NCBI GenBank assembly: GCA_946534145.1
Contig: CAMNCH010000001.1
Span: forward strand, 32,089-96,088
Reading direction: 5' to 3'
Length of the DNA stretch: 64,000 bases
DNA from: an uncultured Lachnospiraceae bacterium
GTDB taxonomy: Bacteria > Bacillota > Clostridia > Lachnospirales > Lachnospiraceae
The notes below the pieces were generated by a model. It did not search any database. It saw nothing but the letters and a program-made list of their open reading frames with translations, and had not been told where the DNA came from. Positions 18,867-29,482 of this stretch are shown here, one piece after another (position 1 is the stretch's first letter; each line of letters begins with the position of its first letter). The position numbers were made by a program, and so were the translations under genes.

Positions 18867-19688
18867 ATGTTTGTAAAAAGATTGTTAAGCGGTATTGTAT
18901 TACTGGGTATAGCGGTATTTGTGCTGGTATTCGGAGGATATTACCTTGCCGGAGTCCTTCTTTTGCTGTCACTTACTGCTTTTTATGAGCTTAGCAAAGC
19001 ACTGGGCATTAAAAAGGTGCATGAGAACAGCCACATTATGAACCTTGGGTTTGTGTGTATAGTTGCCTTTTATCTGCTTCTTGCATTCACTCAGGATCTG
19101 CTGCTTTTGTGCATGGCGGCGGCCTTTACGGTCATAGCTTTTTTGTGCCTGTATGTGTTTACGTTCCCAAAATACAGGGTTGAGGACATTATGGCTGCGG
19201 TATTTTCTTTTGCGTATGCCCCCGTAATGCTTTCTTTTGTATATCTTACCAGACACCTTGAGGACGGACATCTTATCGTATGGATGATTATTATTTCTTC
19301 ATGGGGATATGACACCTGCGCATACTGTGTGGGCATGCTTACGGGCAAGACTATAGGCAATCATAAGTTCCTTCCCAAGTTAAGCCCCAAGAAATCCATC
19401 GAAGGTGTTGTGGGCGGTGTTGTCGGAGCAGGCATTATTGCTTACGTTTTCGGTAACTTCTTTATGCCCGATGTTAAGTGGTTTCTTTGTGCAATGGCAG
19501 CTATCGGCGGTATTATTGCCCAGGTGGGAGACCTTGCGGCATCGGCCATCAAGCGTAACAAAGACATTAAGGACTACGGCAGATGCATACCCGGTCACGG
19601 CGGAGTTATGGACCGCTTTGACAGTATGATATTTACCGCACCCATTACATATTTCCTTGCGGTTTTATGGATAGTCGCAAGCAGATAA
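18867..19688 (+). CDS. cdsA: Phosphatidate cytidylyltransferase
   Basis: KLSPKKSIEG, GDLAASAIKR..DIKDYG..IPGHGGVMDRFDS. Confidence 0.96.
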   Translation: MFVKRLLSGIVLLGIAVFVLVFGGYYLAGVLLLLSLTAFYELSKALGIKKVHENSHIMNLGFVCIVAFYLLLAFTQDLLLLCMAAAFTVIAFLCLYVFTFPKYRVEDIMAAVFSFAYAPVMLSFVYLTRHLEDGHLIVWMIIISSWGYDTCAYCVGMLTGKTIGNHKFLPKLSPKKSIEGVVGGVVGAGIIAYVFGNFFMPDVKWFLCAMAAIGGIIAQVGDLAASAIKRNKDIKDYGRCIPGHGGVMDRFDSMIFTAPITYFLAVLWIVASR

Positions 19689-19697
19689 GGACAGTTT

Positions 19698-20843
19698 ATG
19701 AAAAATCTTGTAATACTCGGTTCAACCGGTTCCATCGGAACACAGACACTTGAAATAGTGAGGGCTCAGGAAGGCCTTAAGGTATTTGCTCTTGCAGCTT
19801 CTACCAACGTGACCCTTATGGAGGCTCAGATTCGTGAGTTTAAGCCTAAGTTTGCGGTTATGTATGATTCGAAGGCTTACCATGACTTAAAGGACAGAGT
19901 TAAGGACACGGACGTTACCGTACTTGAGGGTATGGACGGCCTTTTAAAGATTTGTTCCGAGCCCGAAGGCGATATAGTGGTAACTGCTCTTGTAGGTATG
20001 ATAGGCATTCAGCCCACCATCGCAGCCATTAAGGCTCACAAGACCATAGCCCTTGCCAACAAAGAAACGCTGGTTACCGCAGGTCACATCATAATGCCTC
20101 TTGCGGCTGAGAACAGTGTATCCATTCTTCCCGTGGATTCCGAGCACAGCGCAATTTTCCAGTCCTTAAACGGCGAAGACAGAAAGACTTTATCCAAAAT
20201 TTTGCTGACTGCTTCCGGCGGACCCTTCAGAGGCAAGACCTTTGATGAGATCAAGAATATGACGGTGGAAGATGCCCTCAAGCACCCCAACTGGAGCATG
20301 GGCAAAAAAGTTACCATTGACTCGGCTACACTTGTGAATAAGGGACTTGAGGTTATTGAGGCAAAATGGCTTTTTGATGTATCCGCAAGCGATATTCAGG
20401 TGGTAATTCACCCCCAGAGCATCGTTCATTCAATGGTGGAGTACACCGACGGCGCCGTTATAGCACAGCTGGGAGTTCCGGACATGAAGCTTCCCATTCA
20501 GTATGCCCTTTTCTACCCTCACAGAAAGCCCATGTACGACAACAGAGTGGATTTCTTTAAACTTAGGGAATTAACCTTCTTTGAGCCCGATACGGAGACC
20601 TTTAAGGGTCTTAAGTTTGCATATAAGGCCATCGGCGAGGGCGGCATCATGCCTACCGTATTCAATGCGGCCAATGAGCTTGCGGTCAAGGACTTCCTGT
20701 CCCGTAAGATAGGCTTTACCGGCATTTACGATTATATTGAGGCTGCCATGGCAGAGGTTAAGAACATTGAAAACCCCACAGTTGAGGAGATTCTTAACAC
20801 TGAGGCGCAGGTATACGAGATTTTAAAGAAACGTTTTAACTGA
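19698..20843 (+). CDS. dxr: 1-deoxy-D-xylulose 5-phosphate reductoisomerase
   Basis: LGSTGSIG, ALANKETL, PVDSEHSAI, HPNWSMG.KVTIDSAT. Confidence 0.97.
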   Translation: MKNLVILGSTGSIGTQTLEIVRAQEGLKVFALAASTNVTLMEAQIREFKPKFAVMYDSKAYHDLKDRVKDTDVTVLEGMDGLLKICSEPEGDIVVTALVGMIGIQPTIAAIKAHKTIALANKETLVTAGHIIMPLAAENSVSILPVDSEHSAIFQSLNGEDRKTLSKILLTASGGPFRGKTFDEIKNMTVEDALKHPNWSMGKKVTIDSATLVNKGLEVIEAKWLFDVSASDIQVVIHPQSIVHSMVEYTDGAVIAQLGVPDMKLPIQYALFYPHRKPMYDNRVDFFKLRELTFFEPDTETFKGLKFAYKAIGEGGIMPTVFNAANELAVKDFLSRKIGFTGIYDYIEAAMAEVKNIENPTVEEILNTEAQVYEILKKRFN

Positions 20844-20911
20844 TACACGGGTCTGACCCGGGACGCATTCGCAGCTTAAGCTAATACAAACGGATGCGGA
20901 CGAAAGAATTT

Positions 20912-22000
20912 ATGGCATCGATAATCTGGTTTATCATTATCCTTTCCGTTATCGTAATTTCCCACGAGTTCGGTCACTTCATTGTGGCCAGAATCAACGG
21001 AATCAGGGTACTTGAGTTTGACGTGGGATTCGGCCCCACATTATTTCACTTTACCAAGAAAGGCACCAAGTTTGCTCTTAAGCTTCTTCCCTTCGGAGGT
21101 GCCTGCATCTTTGATTCGGATGTATCCTTAGAGCAAAAGAAAGACGCGGAATTTGACAAAGACGAGGATGAAAAGCTTGAGACTCCCGCCGGCATTCCCT
21201 TCAGGGAGGCCAATGTCTGGGCCAGAATTTCCTCGGTTTTTGCGGGACCTTTCTTTAACTTTATAATTGCAATGATTTTCTCCATGATTATCGTAGCCAA
21301 TTGCGGAAGCGATCTTCCCACCATCGGCGGCCTTACAGAGGGTCGTCCCGCTGCGGAATCGGGACTTCAGGTAGGCGATACCATTACAGCCATTAACGGC
21401 GAGAAGATTCATATCTGGAGAGATATTACCCTTATTTCCATACTCAACAGAGGCGAAGAACTTACCATCGAGTATGAGAGAAACGGTGAGAAGGGTAAGG
21501 TTTCTTTTGCACCCTTATACAGCGAGGAAGACGGACGTTACTACATCGGTATCGAGGGTGGCAACAACATTGTGGAATGCAAAGGCTTAAACCTTTTTAA
21601 ATACAGCTGGTACGAGCTTGGCTTTAACTTTAAGAACACCTTAAAGAGCTTAAAACAGCTTCTGCTCGGTCGTCTCTCCAAGGACGATGTGGCGGGCCCC
21701 GTGGGTGTTGCCCAGATAGTGGGAGAGAGTTACGACTCGGTTAAGAACTACGGATTTTCAAGCGTGGTACTCACCATGATGAATATAGCAATGCTCTTAA
21801 GCGTTAACCTGGGCGTATTGAACCTGTTGCCTCTTCCGGCACTTGACGGCGGCAGACTGGTATTCTTATTCATCGAAGTGGTGCGCGGCAAGCCCGTTCC
21901 CGCGGACAAAGAAGGAATCGTTCACCTTATCGGCATCTTCCTTTTCTTTGCCCTTACCATCTTTATTCTTTTTAACGATATTATGAGGTTCTTCAGATAA
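20912..22000 (+). CDS. rseP: RIP metalloprotease RseP (M50, one PDZ domain)
   Basis: HEFGH, AGPFFN, PDZ segment, NLLPLPALDGG. Confidence 0.95.
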   Translation: MASIIWFIIILSVIVISHEFGHFIVARINGIRVLEFDVGFGPTLFHFTKKGTKFALKLLPFGGACIFDSDVSLEQKKDAEFDKDEDEKLETPAGIPFREANVWARISSVFAGPFFNFIIAMIFSMIIVANCGSDLPTIGGLTEGRPAAESGLQVGDTITAINGEKIHIWRDITLISILNRGEELTIEYERNGEKGKVSFAPLYSEEDGRYYIGIEGGNNIVECKGLNLFKYSWYELGFNFKNTLKSLKQLLLGRLSKDDVAGPVGVAQIVGESYDSVKNYGFSSVVLTMMNIAMLLSVNLGVLNLLPLPALDGGRLVFLFIEVVRGKPVPADKEGIVHLIGIFLFFALTIFILFNDIMRFFR

Positions 22001-22016
22001 GCGAAAGGACATACGT

Positions 22017-23075
22017 ATGGCATTCAGAGACGAGACCAAAGAAATTCATATAGGTAACAGAGTAATCGGTCACGGTAACCCTGTCCTTATTCAGTCCATG
22101 ACCAATACCAGAACCGAGGATGTAAAGGCTACTGTAGCCCAGATTCACAGACTTGAGGAAGCGGGCTGTGAGATTGTCCGTTCCACGGTTCCCACTCTTG
22201 AGGCGGCTCGTGCCATTAAAGAGATTAAAAAAGAAATATCCATTCCTCTGGTAGCGGATATTCACTTTGACTATAAAATGGCTGTTGCGGCCATTGAAAA
22301 CGGCGCTGACAAGGTTCGTATCAACCCCGGTAACATCGGTACCGACGATAAACTTTTGGAGGTCGTTAAAGCGGCCAGAGAGCGTAATATCCCTATCCGT
22401 GTGGGCGTTAACTCAGGTTCCATGGAGAAGGACCTTGTTGAAAAATATCACGGAGTTACAGCCAAAGGTCTTGTGGAGAGCGCTTTAAGAAACGTTCAGC
22501 GCATCGAAGACATGGGGTACGACAACCTTGTGGTAAGTCTTAAATCCACAAATGTTTTAATGTGTGCAGAGGCTCATGAGAATATAGCGGGCAAGATTCC
22601 TTACCCTATTCATGTGGGCATTACCGAGTCGGGAACTGCTTTTTCCGGCAACATTAAGTCGGGAATCGGCCTCGGACTCATTCTTTCGAAGGGTGTGGGT
22701 GATACCATTCGTGTATCCCTTACCGGCGATGTGGTGGATGAAGTTCGCTCCGCAAGAATAGTATTAAGAACCCTGGGACTCAGGAATGAAGGTATCGAAG
22801 TTATTTCCTGTCCCACCTGCGGACGTACCAAAATTGACCTTATCGGCCTTGCCACCAGGGTCGAGGAGATAGCGGAGAAATACCCGCTTAACATTAAACT
22901 TGCCGTTATGGGCTGTGCGGTTAACGGTCCCGGAGAAGCCAGAGAAGCGGATCTTGGAGTAGCCGGCGGCGACGGCGAAGGCCTTCTTTTTAAGAAAGGC
23001 GAGATTATCAGGAAAATGCCGGAGAGCGAACTCTTCTCGGCACTTGAAGAAGAACTTAGAAATTGGGGAAAATAA
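22017..23075 (+). CDS. ispG: (E)-4-hydroxy-3-methylbut-2-enyl-diphosphate synthase
   Basis: IQSMTNT, PLVADIHF, RINPGN, SCPTCGRT, MGCAVNGPGEA. Confidence 0.97.
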   Translation: MAFRDETKEIHIGNRVIGHGNPVLIQSMTNTRTEDVKATVAQIHRLEEAGCEIVRSTVPTLEAARAIKEIKKEISIPLVADIHFDYKMAVAAIENGADKVRINPGNIGTDDKLLEVVKAARERNIPIRVGVNSGSMEKDLVEKYHGVTAKGLVESALRNVQRIEDMGYDNLVVSLKSTNVLMCAEAHENIAGKIPYPIHVGITESGTAFSGNIKSGIGLGLILSKGVGDTIRVSLTGDVVDEVRSARIVLRTLGLRNEGIEVISCPTCGRTKIDLIGLATRVEEIAEKYPLNIKLAVMGCAVNGPGEAREADLGVAGGDGEGLLFKKGEIIRKMPESELFSALEEELRNWGK

Positions 23076-23078
23076 TAC

Positions 23079-26000
23079 ATGGAACCGAAAGCGTTTTTGG
23101 AAGTTTTTAAAGCTCTTGATTTAAAGCCCGGGTTACGGGAGATTTTTGATGAAGTACTTGTTACCAAGGTATCATCCAATAAACGCAGGGACATTTTAAG
23201 GATATACATTTCGAGCAATCATATTATTCCCAAGAAAGACGTATACGCAGTAATACGTGAAATCCGAAAGCAGATGTTTTCGGGTATTAATGTGGACGTT
23301 TATATCATCGAGGATTACCATCTATCCGAAGGCTACACAGTAAGAACTCTTCTTGACGAGTACAAGGACAGCTTGTTTGACGAGCTTTCGGAGGTGGACC
23401 CCATTCTTTTTAATACGCTCAAGAAGGCCGAGTTCACGGAACTTGACCGCAATCATCTTGAGATTTCTTTGCCGGATTCGGAGATTATCAAAAAGCGCGA
23501 AAGTTCAATACTTGATTACTTAAAAAAAGTGGTGTGCGAACGTTTTAACATGTCGGACATCTTAATTACCGTGTCCTACAGACATAAGGAAACCGGCGAC
23601 ATTACGGAACGCACCAAGTGGGACGAGTACAGAATTGCCAAACTCGTGGAGAGCCGTATCGGTAAGCCCGAAGAAGCCCCCAAGGCAGAAACCGAGTCCG
23701 AAAGCGCTCCCGCAGCACCCAAGGCCCAAAAAGAAAAGGCGCCCGCCAAAGAAAAATATTCCGGCAAGAAGTTTGAAAAGGGAGGCTTCAAGAAAGACTT
23801 CCAGAGGAGAACCAGAGAGCCTCAGGAGAAATCAGACAATCCCGACGTTATCTACGGAATGGAAATGAGTGATGAAGAGGAATTCACCAAGATTGAAGAA
23901 ATGGTGGAAGACTTCACCACAGTTGTGTTCAGAGGCAAAATAACGGCCAACGAACAAAGAGACATAAGAAACGAAAAGAGTATTATTTCTTTTAACGTAA
24001 CAGACTTTACGGACACCATTAAGGTTAAGTTCTTTGCGCCCACGGCAGAGGCGCCGGACTATATGAACAAGCTCTCTCCCGGCAAGTTTGTGCGGGTTAT
24101 GGGCGTGCCTCAGGAGGACAAATTCGACCACGAGTTAAGTGTTACCTCTCCCAAATCCATTATGGTGGGTAAAGACTTCAGAACCTCAAGAGTGGATACC
24201 GCTCCCGTTAAGAGAGTGGAGCTTCACTGTCATACCAAGATGAGCGATATGGACGGCATCAGCGAGGTGTCGGACATTGTTAAGCGCGCCTATTCCTGGG
24301 GCCACAAGGCTATAGCGGTAACGGACCACGGTGTAGTTCAGGCCTTCCCCGATGCCAATCACACCTGGGAAGACCTTTGGAAAAAAGAAAAAGCAAAAAG
24401 AATCGAAGCCGGAGACGAGAACCCTGACAAACAGGATTTCTTTAAGGTCATATACGGAGTGGAGGGCTACCTTGTGGATGACCTTATCGAAACCGTTCTT
24501 GATTCCAAGAATCAAAGCATAGACAGTGACTATGTGGTATTTGATATAGAGACCACCGGCTTTTCGGCCACCAAGAACCGTATTATCGAAATCGGTGCGG
24601 TTAAGGTTGAAAACGGAGAGATTACGGATACCTTTTCGGAGTTTGTCAATCCCGAAGTGCCCATTCCTTACCGTATTACGAAGCTTACCACCATCACCGA
24701 TGCACAGGTCAAGGATGCGGGCACGATTGAAGAGGTGCTTCCGAGATTCCTTGAGTTTTGTAAGGGATGCATACTGGTAGCTCACAACGCTACCTTTGAT
24801 ACTTCTTTTATCAAGGCCAACTGTGAGCGTTTGGGATATACCTATGACTTTACCTGCGTGGATACTCTGGGACTTTCCAGATGCTTTTTAAAGAAGCTTC
24901 ACAAGTTCACCCTTGATTCAATCTGCAAAGAGTTAAACGTAACCCTTATTACCCACCACAGAGCAGTAGACGATGCCACGGCCACCGGCGGAGCTTTTGT
25001 TAAGCTCTTAAAGATCTGCCGTGAAAAGGGCTTTAAGACCATGGATGACATCAACGAAGGCACCAAGGTTGCCGCCGATGTTATCAAGAAGCTCCCCACC
25101 CATCATGTAATTATTCTTGCCAAGAACAATACCGGGCGAGTTAATTTGTATACCCTTATTTCCAAGTCCCACCTTGATTATTTTGCAAGACATCCCCGCA
25201 TTCCCAAGAGCGAGGTAATGAAGCACAGAGAAGGCCTCATAATCGGCAGTGCCTGCGAAGCGGGAGAGTTATACAGAGCATTGGTGGACGAAAGAAGTGA
25301 GGACACCATTGCGCGTATAGTCAATTTCTACGACTACCTTGAGATTCAGCCCCGGGGCAACAACGCTTTCATGATAAGAGATGAGAAGATTGAAAGCGTC
25401 AATTCCGAGGAAGACATATTAAACTTAAACAGAGAGATAGTGCGTCTTGGAGAGGTCTATAACAAACCCGTTTGCGCCACCTGTGACGTGCATTTCTTAG
25501 ACCCTGAGGACGAGATCTACAGACGTATCATCATGAAGGGCCAGGGCTTTGACGATGCCGACGAACAGGCACCTTTGTACCTTCATACCACCGACGAGAT
25601 GCTTGAGGAGTTTGGCTATCTCGGACGTGACAAAGCCATGGAAGTGGTGGTTACCAATCCCAATATGATTGCGGACCGGATTGAATCCATGTCGCCCGTC
25701 CGCCCCGACAAGTGTCCTCCTGTCATCGAGAACTCGGATGAGATTCTTACAACAATTTGTTATAACAAGGCTCACGAAATGTACGGCCCCGATCTTCCGG
25801 AAATAGTAAAAGAACGCCTTGAGCGAGAGCTTCACTCCATCATCACCAACGGATTCGCCGTTATGTACATCATAGCCCAGAAGCTTGTGTGGAAGTCCGT
25901 TGAGGACGGTTACCTCGTAGGCTCCCGTGGTTCCGTAGGTTCCAGCTTCGTGGCCACCATGGCGGGTATTACCGAGGTTAACCCTCTGGTACCTCACTAT

Positions 26001-27629
26001 TATTGTTCCAAGTGCCATTTCTACGACTTTGACTCGGAAGAAGTTAAAAAGTTCAGAGGCATGGCCGGCGTCGACATGCCCGACAGAGTCTGCCCCGTAT
26101 GCGGCGAGAAGCTTAAAAAAGACGGATTTGACATTCCTTTTGAAACCTTCCTTGGATTCAAGGGCGACAAAGAGCCCGATATCGACTTAAACTTCTCGGG
26201 CGAATACCAGTCCAAGGCTCACAAATATACCGAAGTTATTTTCGGTGCGGGCCAGACCTTCAGAGCGGGTACCATTGCGACCCTTGCCGACAAGACCGCT
26301 TTCGGTTACGTTAAGAAATACTTTGAAGAGAAGGGCATCAGCAAAAGAAACTGTGAAATCGACCGTATAGTTCAGGGCTGCGTGGGAGTACGCAGAAGTA
26401 CCGGTCAGCATCCCGGCGGTATCATAGTGCTTCCCGTGGGAGAGGATATAAATTCTTTTACCCCCGTTCAGCATCCCGCCAACGATACGGAAACGGATAT
26501 TATTACCACACACTTTGACTATCACTCCATAGACCATAACTTACTTAAGCTTGATATACTGGGACACGATGATCCTACCATGATTCGTATGCTTCAGGAC
26601 TTAACGGGCATCGACCCTCTTACCATTCCTTTGGACGACCCCAAGGTTATGTCGCTGTTTGAATCCACGGAAGCCCTCGGAGTCAAGCCTTCGGACATCG
26701 GCGGCGTAGAGATAGGCTGCCTTGGTGTACCCGAGTTTGGTACAGACTTCTCCATGGGCATGGTTCAGGAAGCAAAACCCAAGTATTTTTCAGACTTAAT
26801 TCGTATTGCGGGACTTTCCCACGGTACCGACGTTTGGCTTAATAATGCTCAGGACTTAATCCGTGATGGTATAGCCACCATTTCAACCGCCATCTGTACC
26901 CGTGACGATATTATGACTTACCTTATCAACATGGGCGTTGAGTCCGAGGAATCCTTTAAGATTATGGAGATGGTTCGTAAAGGTAAGGTTGCGGCCGGCA
27001 AATGCGACAAATGGGAAGGCTGGAAGGCCGACATGCGCGCCTGCAATGTTCCCGAGTGGTATATCGAATCCTGCCAGAAGATTAAATACATGTTCCCGAG
27101 AGCCCATGCGGCGGCTTACGTTATGATGGCATGGCGTATAGCTTATTGTAAGGTTTATTATCCTTTGGCTTATTATGCCGCTTTCTTTTCCATAAGAGCG
27201 AAGGCCTTTAACTATGAGACCATGTGCTTCGGAAGAGACAGACTTGAGGAAGAACTTAAGCGCTTAAGGGCACTTGACAATCCTTCCCCCAAGGACGAAG
27301 ACTCCATAAGAGATATGCGTATCGTTCAGGAGATGTACGCCCGCGGCTTTGAGTTTGAACCTATAGATCTATTTAAGGCCAAATCCAGACTGTTCTCTAT
27401 TGTGGGCGACAAAATTATGCCTTCTTTTACCAGCATAGACGGTCTTGGTGAAAACGCGGCGGATTCTATAGTGGAGGCCTGCAAGGTAGGACCTTTCACC
27501 AGTAAGGATGACTTTAAGTCAAGAGCCCATGTTTCACAGACTATTGCTGACAAACTGGGTGAGTTAGGCATACTGGGAGCAATCCCCGAAACGGACCAGA
27601 TCAGTATTTTCGATATGATGAAAATGTGA
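23079..27629 (+). CDS. polC: DNA polymerase III alpha subunit, PolC type
   Basis: OB fold, PHP (ELHCHTKMS..DG) with inserted 3'-5' exonuclease (VVFDIETTG), GSRGSVGSS, Zn finger CSKC/CPVC, PDIDLNF. Confidence 0.97.
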   Translation: MEPKAFLEVFKALDLKPGLREIFDEVLVTKVSSNKRRDILRIYISSNHIIPKKDVYAVIREIRKQMFSGINVDVYIIEDYHLSEGYTVRTLLDEYKDSLFDELSEVDPILFNTLKKAEFTELDRNHLEISLPDSEIIKKRESSILDYLKKVVCERFNMSDILITVSYRHKETGDITERTKWDEYRIAKLVESRIGKPEEAPKAETESESAPAAPKAQKEKAPAKEKYSGKKFEKGGFKKDFQRRTREPQEKSDNPDVIYGMEMSDEEEFTKIEEMVEDFTTVVFRGKITANEQRDIRNEKSIISFNVTDFTDTIKVKFFAPTAEAPDYMNKLSPGKFVRVMGVPQEDKFDHELSVTSPKSIMVGKDFRTSRVDTAPVKRVELHCHTKMSDMDGISEVSDIVKRAYSWGHKAIAVTDHGVVQAFPDANHTWEDLWKKEKAKRIEAGDENPDKQDFFKVIYGVEGYLVDDLIETVLDSKNQSIDSDYVVFDIETTGFSATKNRIIEIGAVKVENGEITDTFSEFVNPEVPIPYRITKLTTITDAQVKDAGTIEEVLPRFLEFCKGCILVAHNATFDTSFIKANCERLGYTYDFTCVDTLGLSRCFLKKLHKFTLDSICKELNVTLITHHRAVDDATATGGAFVKLLKICREKGFKTMDDINEGTKVAADVIKKLPTHHVIILAKNNTGRVNLYTLISKSHLDYFARHPRIPKSEVMKHREGLIIGSACEAGELYRALVDERSEDTIARIVNFYDYLEIQPRGNNAFMIRDEKIESVNSEEDILNLNREIVRLGEVYNKPVCATCDVHFLDPEDEIYRRIIMKGQGFDDADEQAPLYLHTTDEMLEEFGYLGRDKAMEVVVTNPNMIADRIESMSPVRPDKCPPVIENSDEILTTICYNKAHEMYGPDLPEIVKERLERELHSIITNGFAVMYIIAQKLVWKSVEDGYLVGSRGSVGSSFVATMAGITEVNPLVPHYYCSKCHFYDFDSEEVKKFRGMAGVDMPDRVCPVCGEKLKKDGFDIPFETFLGFKGDKEPDIDLNFSGEYQSKAHKYTEVIFGAGQTFRAGTIATLADKTAFGYVKKYFEEKGISKRNCEIDRIVQGCVGVRRSTGQHPGGIIVLPVGEDINSFTPVQHPANDTETDIITTHFDYHSIDHNLLKLDILGHDDPTMIRMLQDLTGIDPLTIPLDDPKVMSLFESTEALGVKPSDIGGVEIGCLGVPEFGTDFSMGMVQEAKPKYFSDLIRIAGLSHGTDVWLNNAQDLIRDGIATISTAICTRDDIMTYLINMGVESEESFKIMEMVRKGKVAAGKCDKWEGWKADMRACNVPEWYIESCQKIKYMFPRAHAAAYVMMAWRIAYCKVYYPLAYYAAFFSIRAKAFNYETMCFGRDRLEEELKRLRALDNPSPKDEDSIRDMRIVQEMYARGFEFEPIDLFKAKSRLFSIVGDKIMPSFTSIDGLGENAADSIVEACKVGPFTSKDDFKSRAHVSQTIADKLGELGILGAIPETDQISIFDMMKM

Positions 27630-27684
27630 TATCATGTTTCATATTGGTGACGCACAGTCACATTTAAGTGAGGAGAGTTAATTT

Positions 27685-28359
27685 ATGCACAAGATTTTAT
27701 TGGTAGAAGATGATGAAGGAATAGCAGAGGGTATTGTTAAGGTTGCATCCCAGTGGAATCTTGAGGTAAGACCCGTTAAGGATTTCAGAAACGTAATGGG
27801 AGAGTTTGCCGAGTACAATCCTCAGCTGGTGCTCCTTGATATTTCTTTGCCCGCTTTCGACGGATATTACTGGTGTACTCAGATAAGAGCCCAGTCCAAG
27901 GTTCCGATTATCTTTATCAGTTCTACAGCTGAGAATATGAATATAGTTATGGCCATGAACATGGGAGCCGATGACTTTATTGCGAAGCCCTTTGACGGCA
28001 ACGTGCTTGTTGCCAAGATTCAGGCACTTTTACGCCGCACCTATGATTTCGGTGAGTCTGTGCCCGTAATGGAGCATAAGGGCGCTATTCTTAACCTCGG
28101 CGACAATTCCCTTACATACGAAGGACAGAAGATTGATCTAAGCGGCAATGAGTTTAAGATTCTTTTGACATTGCTGAAAAATAAAGGCGTCGTAGTGAGC
28201 AGAGAGAAGCTTATGGAGGCTCTTTGGGAGACCGACAGCTTTGTGGACGAAAATACCCTTACGGTTAATGTTAACCGCCTTCGCAAGAAGCTTGACGCTG
28301 CCGGCCTTGAAGGCTTTATTACCACAAAATTCGGTGTGGGCTATATAGTGGAGACTTAA
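27685..28359 (+). CDS. OmpR-family response regulator, BceR/GraR-like
   Basis: LLVEDD, LLDISLPAFDGYYWC, AMNMGADDFIAKPF, TLTVNVNRLRKKL. Confidence 0.92.
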   Translation: MHKILLVEDDEGIAEGIVKVASQWNLEVRPVKDFRNVMGEFAEYNPQLVLLDISLPAFDGYYWCTQIRAQSKVPIIFISSTAENMNIVMAMNMGADDFIAKPFDGNVLVAKIQALLRRTYDFGESVPVMEHKGAILNLGDNSLTYEGQKIDLSGNEFKILLTLLKNKGVVVSREKLMEALWETDSFVDENTLTVNVNRLRKKLDAAGLEGFITTKFGVGYIVET

Positions 28360-28361
28360 GG

Positions 28362-29357
28362 ATGAGCAGATTTTCACGTTGGATTTTGAATCACAGATTC
28401 GGCATTTTAACATATCTTGGGGTAATGATAATCTTCGGAGTCATTTTTTATCTCTACGGACTTCCGCTCAAGGCTGTTATCTATCCCGCTGTTTTCAGCC
28501 TGGCATATGTAATTGTTCTTTTGATAATAGAAAGTGCCCGCAAACGTGCCCGGCACAAAAAACTTGCGGATGTGGCCAAACTCCCGGCGGTAAGCGTAGC
28601 CGAGCAGCTTCCGGTGCCTGTATCCCGGATGGAAGAAGACTATACCATCATTATCAATAACGTAATCAATGAGCTTTCGGAAGTGATTACTTCCTACGAA
28701 AAAAAGATGCGTGACACCACGGACTATTATTCCACCTGGGTTCATCAGATTAAGACTCCCATTGCATCCATGCGATTAAACCTTCAGGCCATGGACTCAG
28801 ACGATTCACGTAATCTGCTCAGGAATCTTCAGGCCATTGAAGGCTATGTTGACATGGTAATGTCCTATCTGCGCCTTCAGTCCGAGCACACCGACTACGT
28901 AATTCGCAAAGAAAACATCAAAGAACTTGTGGCCGCTACGGTTAAAAAGTTCAGACTTGATTTTATTGAGAAGAAATTAAGCTTTAAGATGGAAGTGGAA
29001 GACGCCTATGTTCTTACGGACAAAAAATGGGCACTTATAGTCATAGAGCAGATTCTTTCAAACAGTCTTAAATACACTCAGGAAGGATATATCCGTGTGG
29101 CCTTCAAAGAAGACGACAGCCTTCTTGTGATAGAAGACACGGGTATCGGTATTGATGCCACCAACCTTCCCCGCATCTTTGAGCGCGGCTACACCGGCTT
29201 TAACGGCCGTGGCGAGGCTCATTCAAGCGGTATAGGCTTATACCTTGTCAAGAGCATCTGCGACAACTTAAAGATTAATATAAGAGTGGAATCTCAGGAA
29301 AACGTGGGTACCAAGATGTACTTAACCTTCCCGAGAAATCTTGCTTTTTACGAGTAA
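28362..29357 (+). CDS. Intramembrane-sensing histidine kinase, BceS/GraS-like
   Basis: Two close TM helices with almost no extracellular loop; WVHQIKTP, NSLKYT, DTGIGI, FERGYTG, SGIGLY. Confidence 0.92.
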   Translation: MSRFSRWILNHRFGILTYLGVMIIFGVIFYLYGLPLKAVIYPAVFSLAYVIVLLIIESARKRARHKKLADVAKLPAVSVAEQLPVPVSRMEEDYTIIINNVINELSEVITSYEKKMRDTTDYYSTWVHQIKTPIASMRLNLQAMDSDDSRNLLRNLQAIEGYVDMVMSYLRLQSEHTDYVIRKENIKELVAATVKKFRLDFIEKKLSFKMEVEDAYVLTDKKWALIVIEQILSNSLKYTQEGYIRVAFKEDDSLLVIEDTGIGIDATNLPRIFERGYTGFNGRGEAHSSGIGLYLVKSICDNLKINIRVESQENVGTKMYLTFPRNLAFYE

Positions 29358-29367
29358 AATGCTTGAT

Positions 29368-29454
29368 AAAGGTTCATTTCTTACGTTTGTGTAAGATTTG
29401 AACCTTTAATTGTAAGGAGAATCGATAGAACCGGATATGTGCCCTTGGTAGAAT
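29368..29454 (+). promoter_or_regulatory. BceR-type operator and extended -10 for the bceAB-like genes
   Basis: CTTAC-N6-GTAAG core (29380-95) inside a 15/17 inverted repeat; second TGTAAG 21 bp downstream (29411-16); TGGTAGAAT at 29446-54. Confidence 0.72.
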
Positions 29455-29482
29455 GGGTACATAAACAGGAGGTAAATTGAGA

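Noticed and set aside
20844-20911. Small hairpins between dxr and rseP (CGCATTCG/CGGATGCG)
   Set aside because: Short stems with no recognisable RNA motif; cannot be separated from chance.
23079-27629. Intein or intron in polC
   Set aside because: Length and domain order fit an ordinary PolC; no C/S...HN splice motifs or LAGLIDADG blocks were seen.
27647-27661. GTGAC-N5-GTCAC before the bceR-like gene as an autoregulatory box
   Set aside because: Only 5-bp arms and the spacing is one base off the Bce-type pattern.
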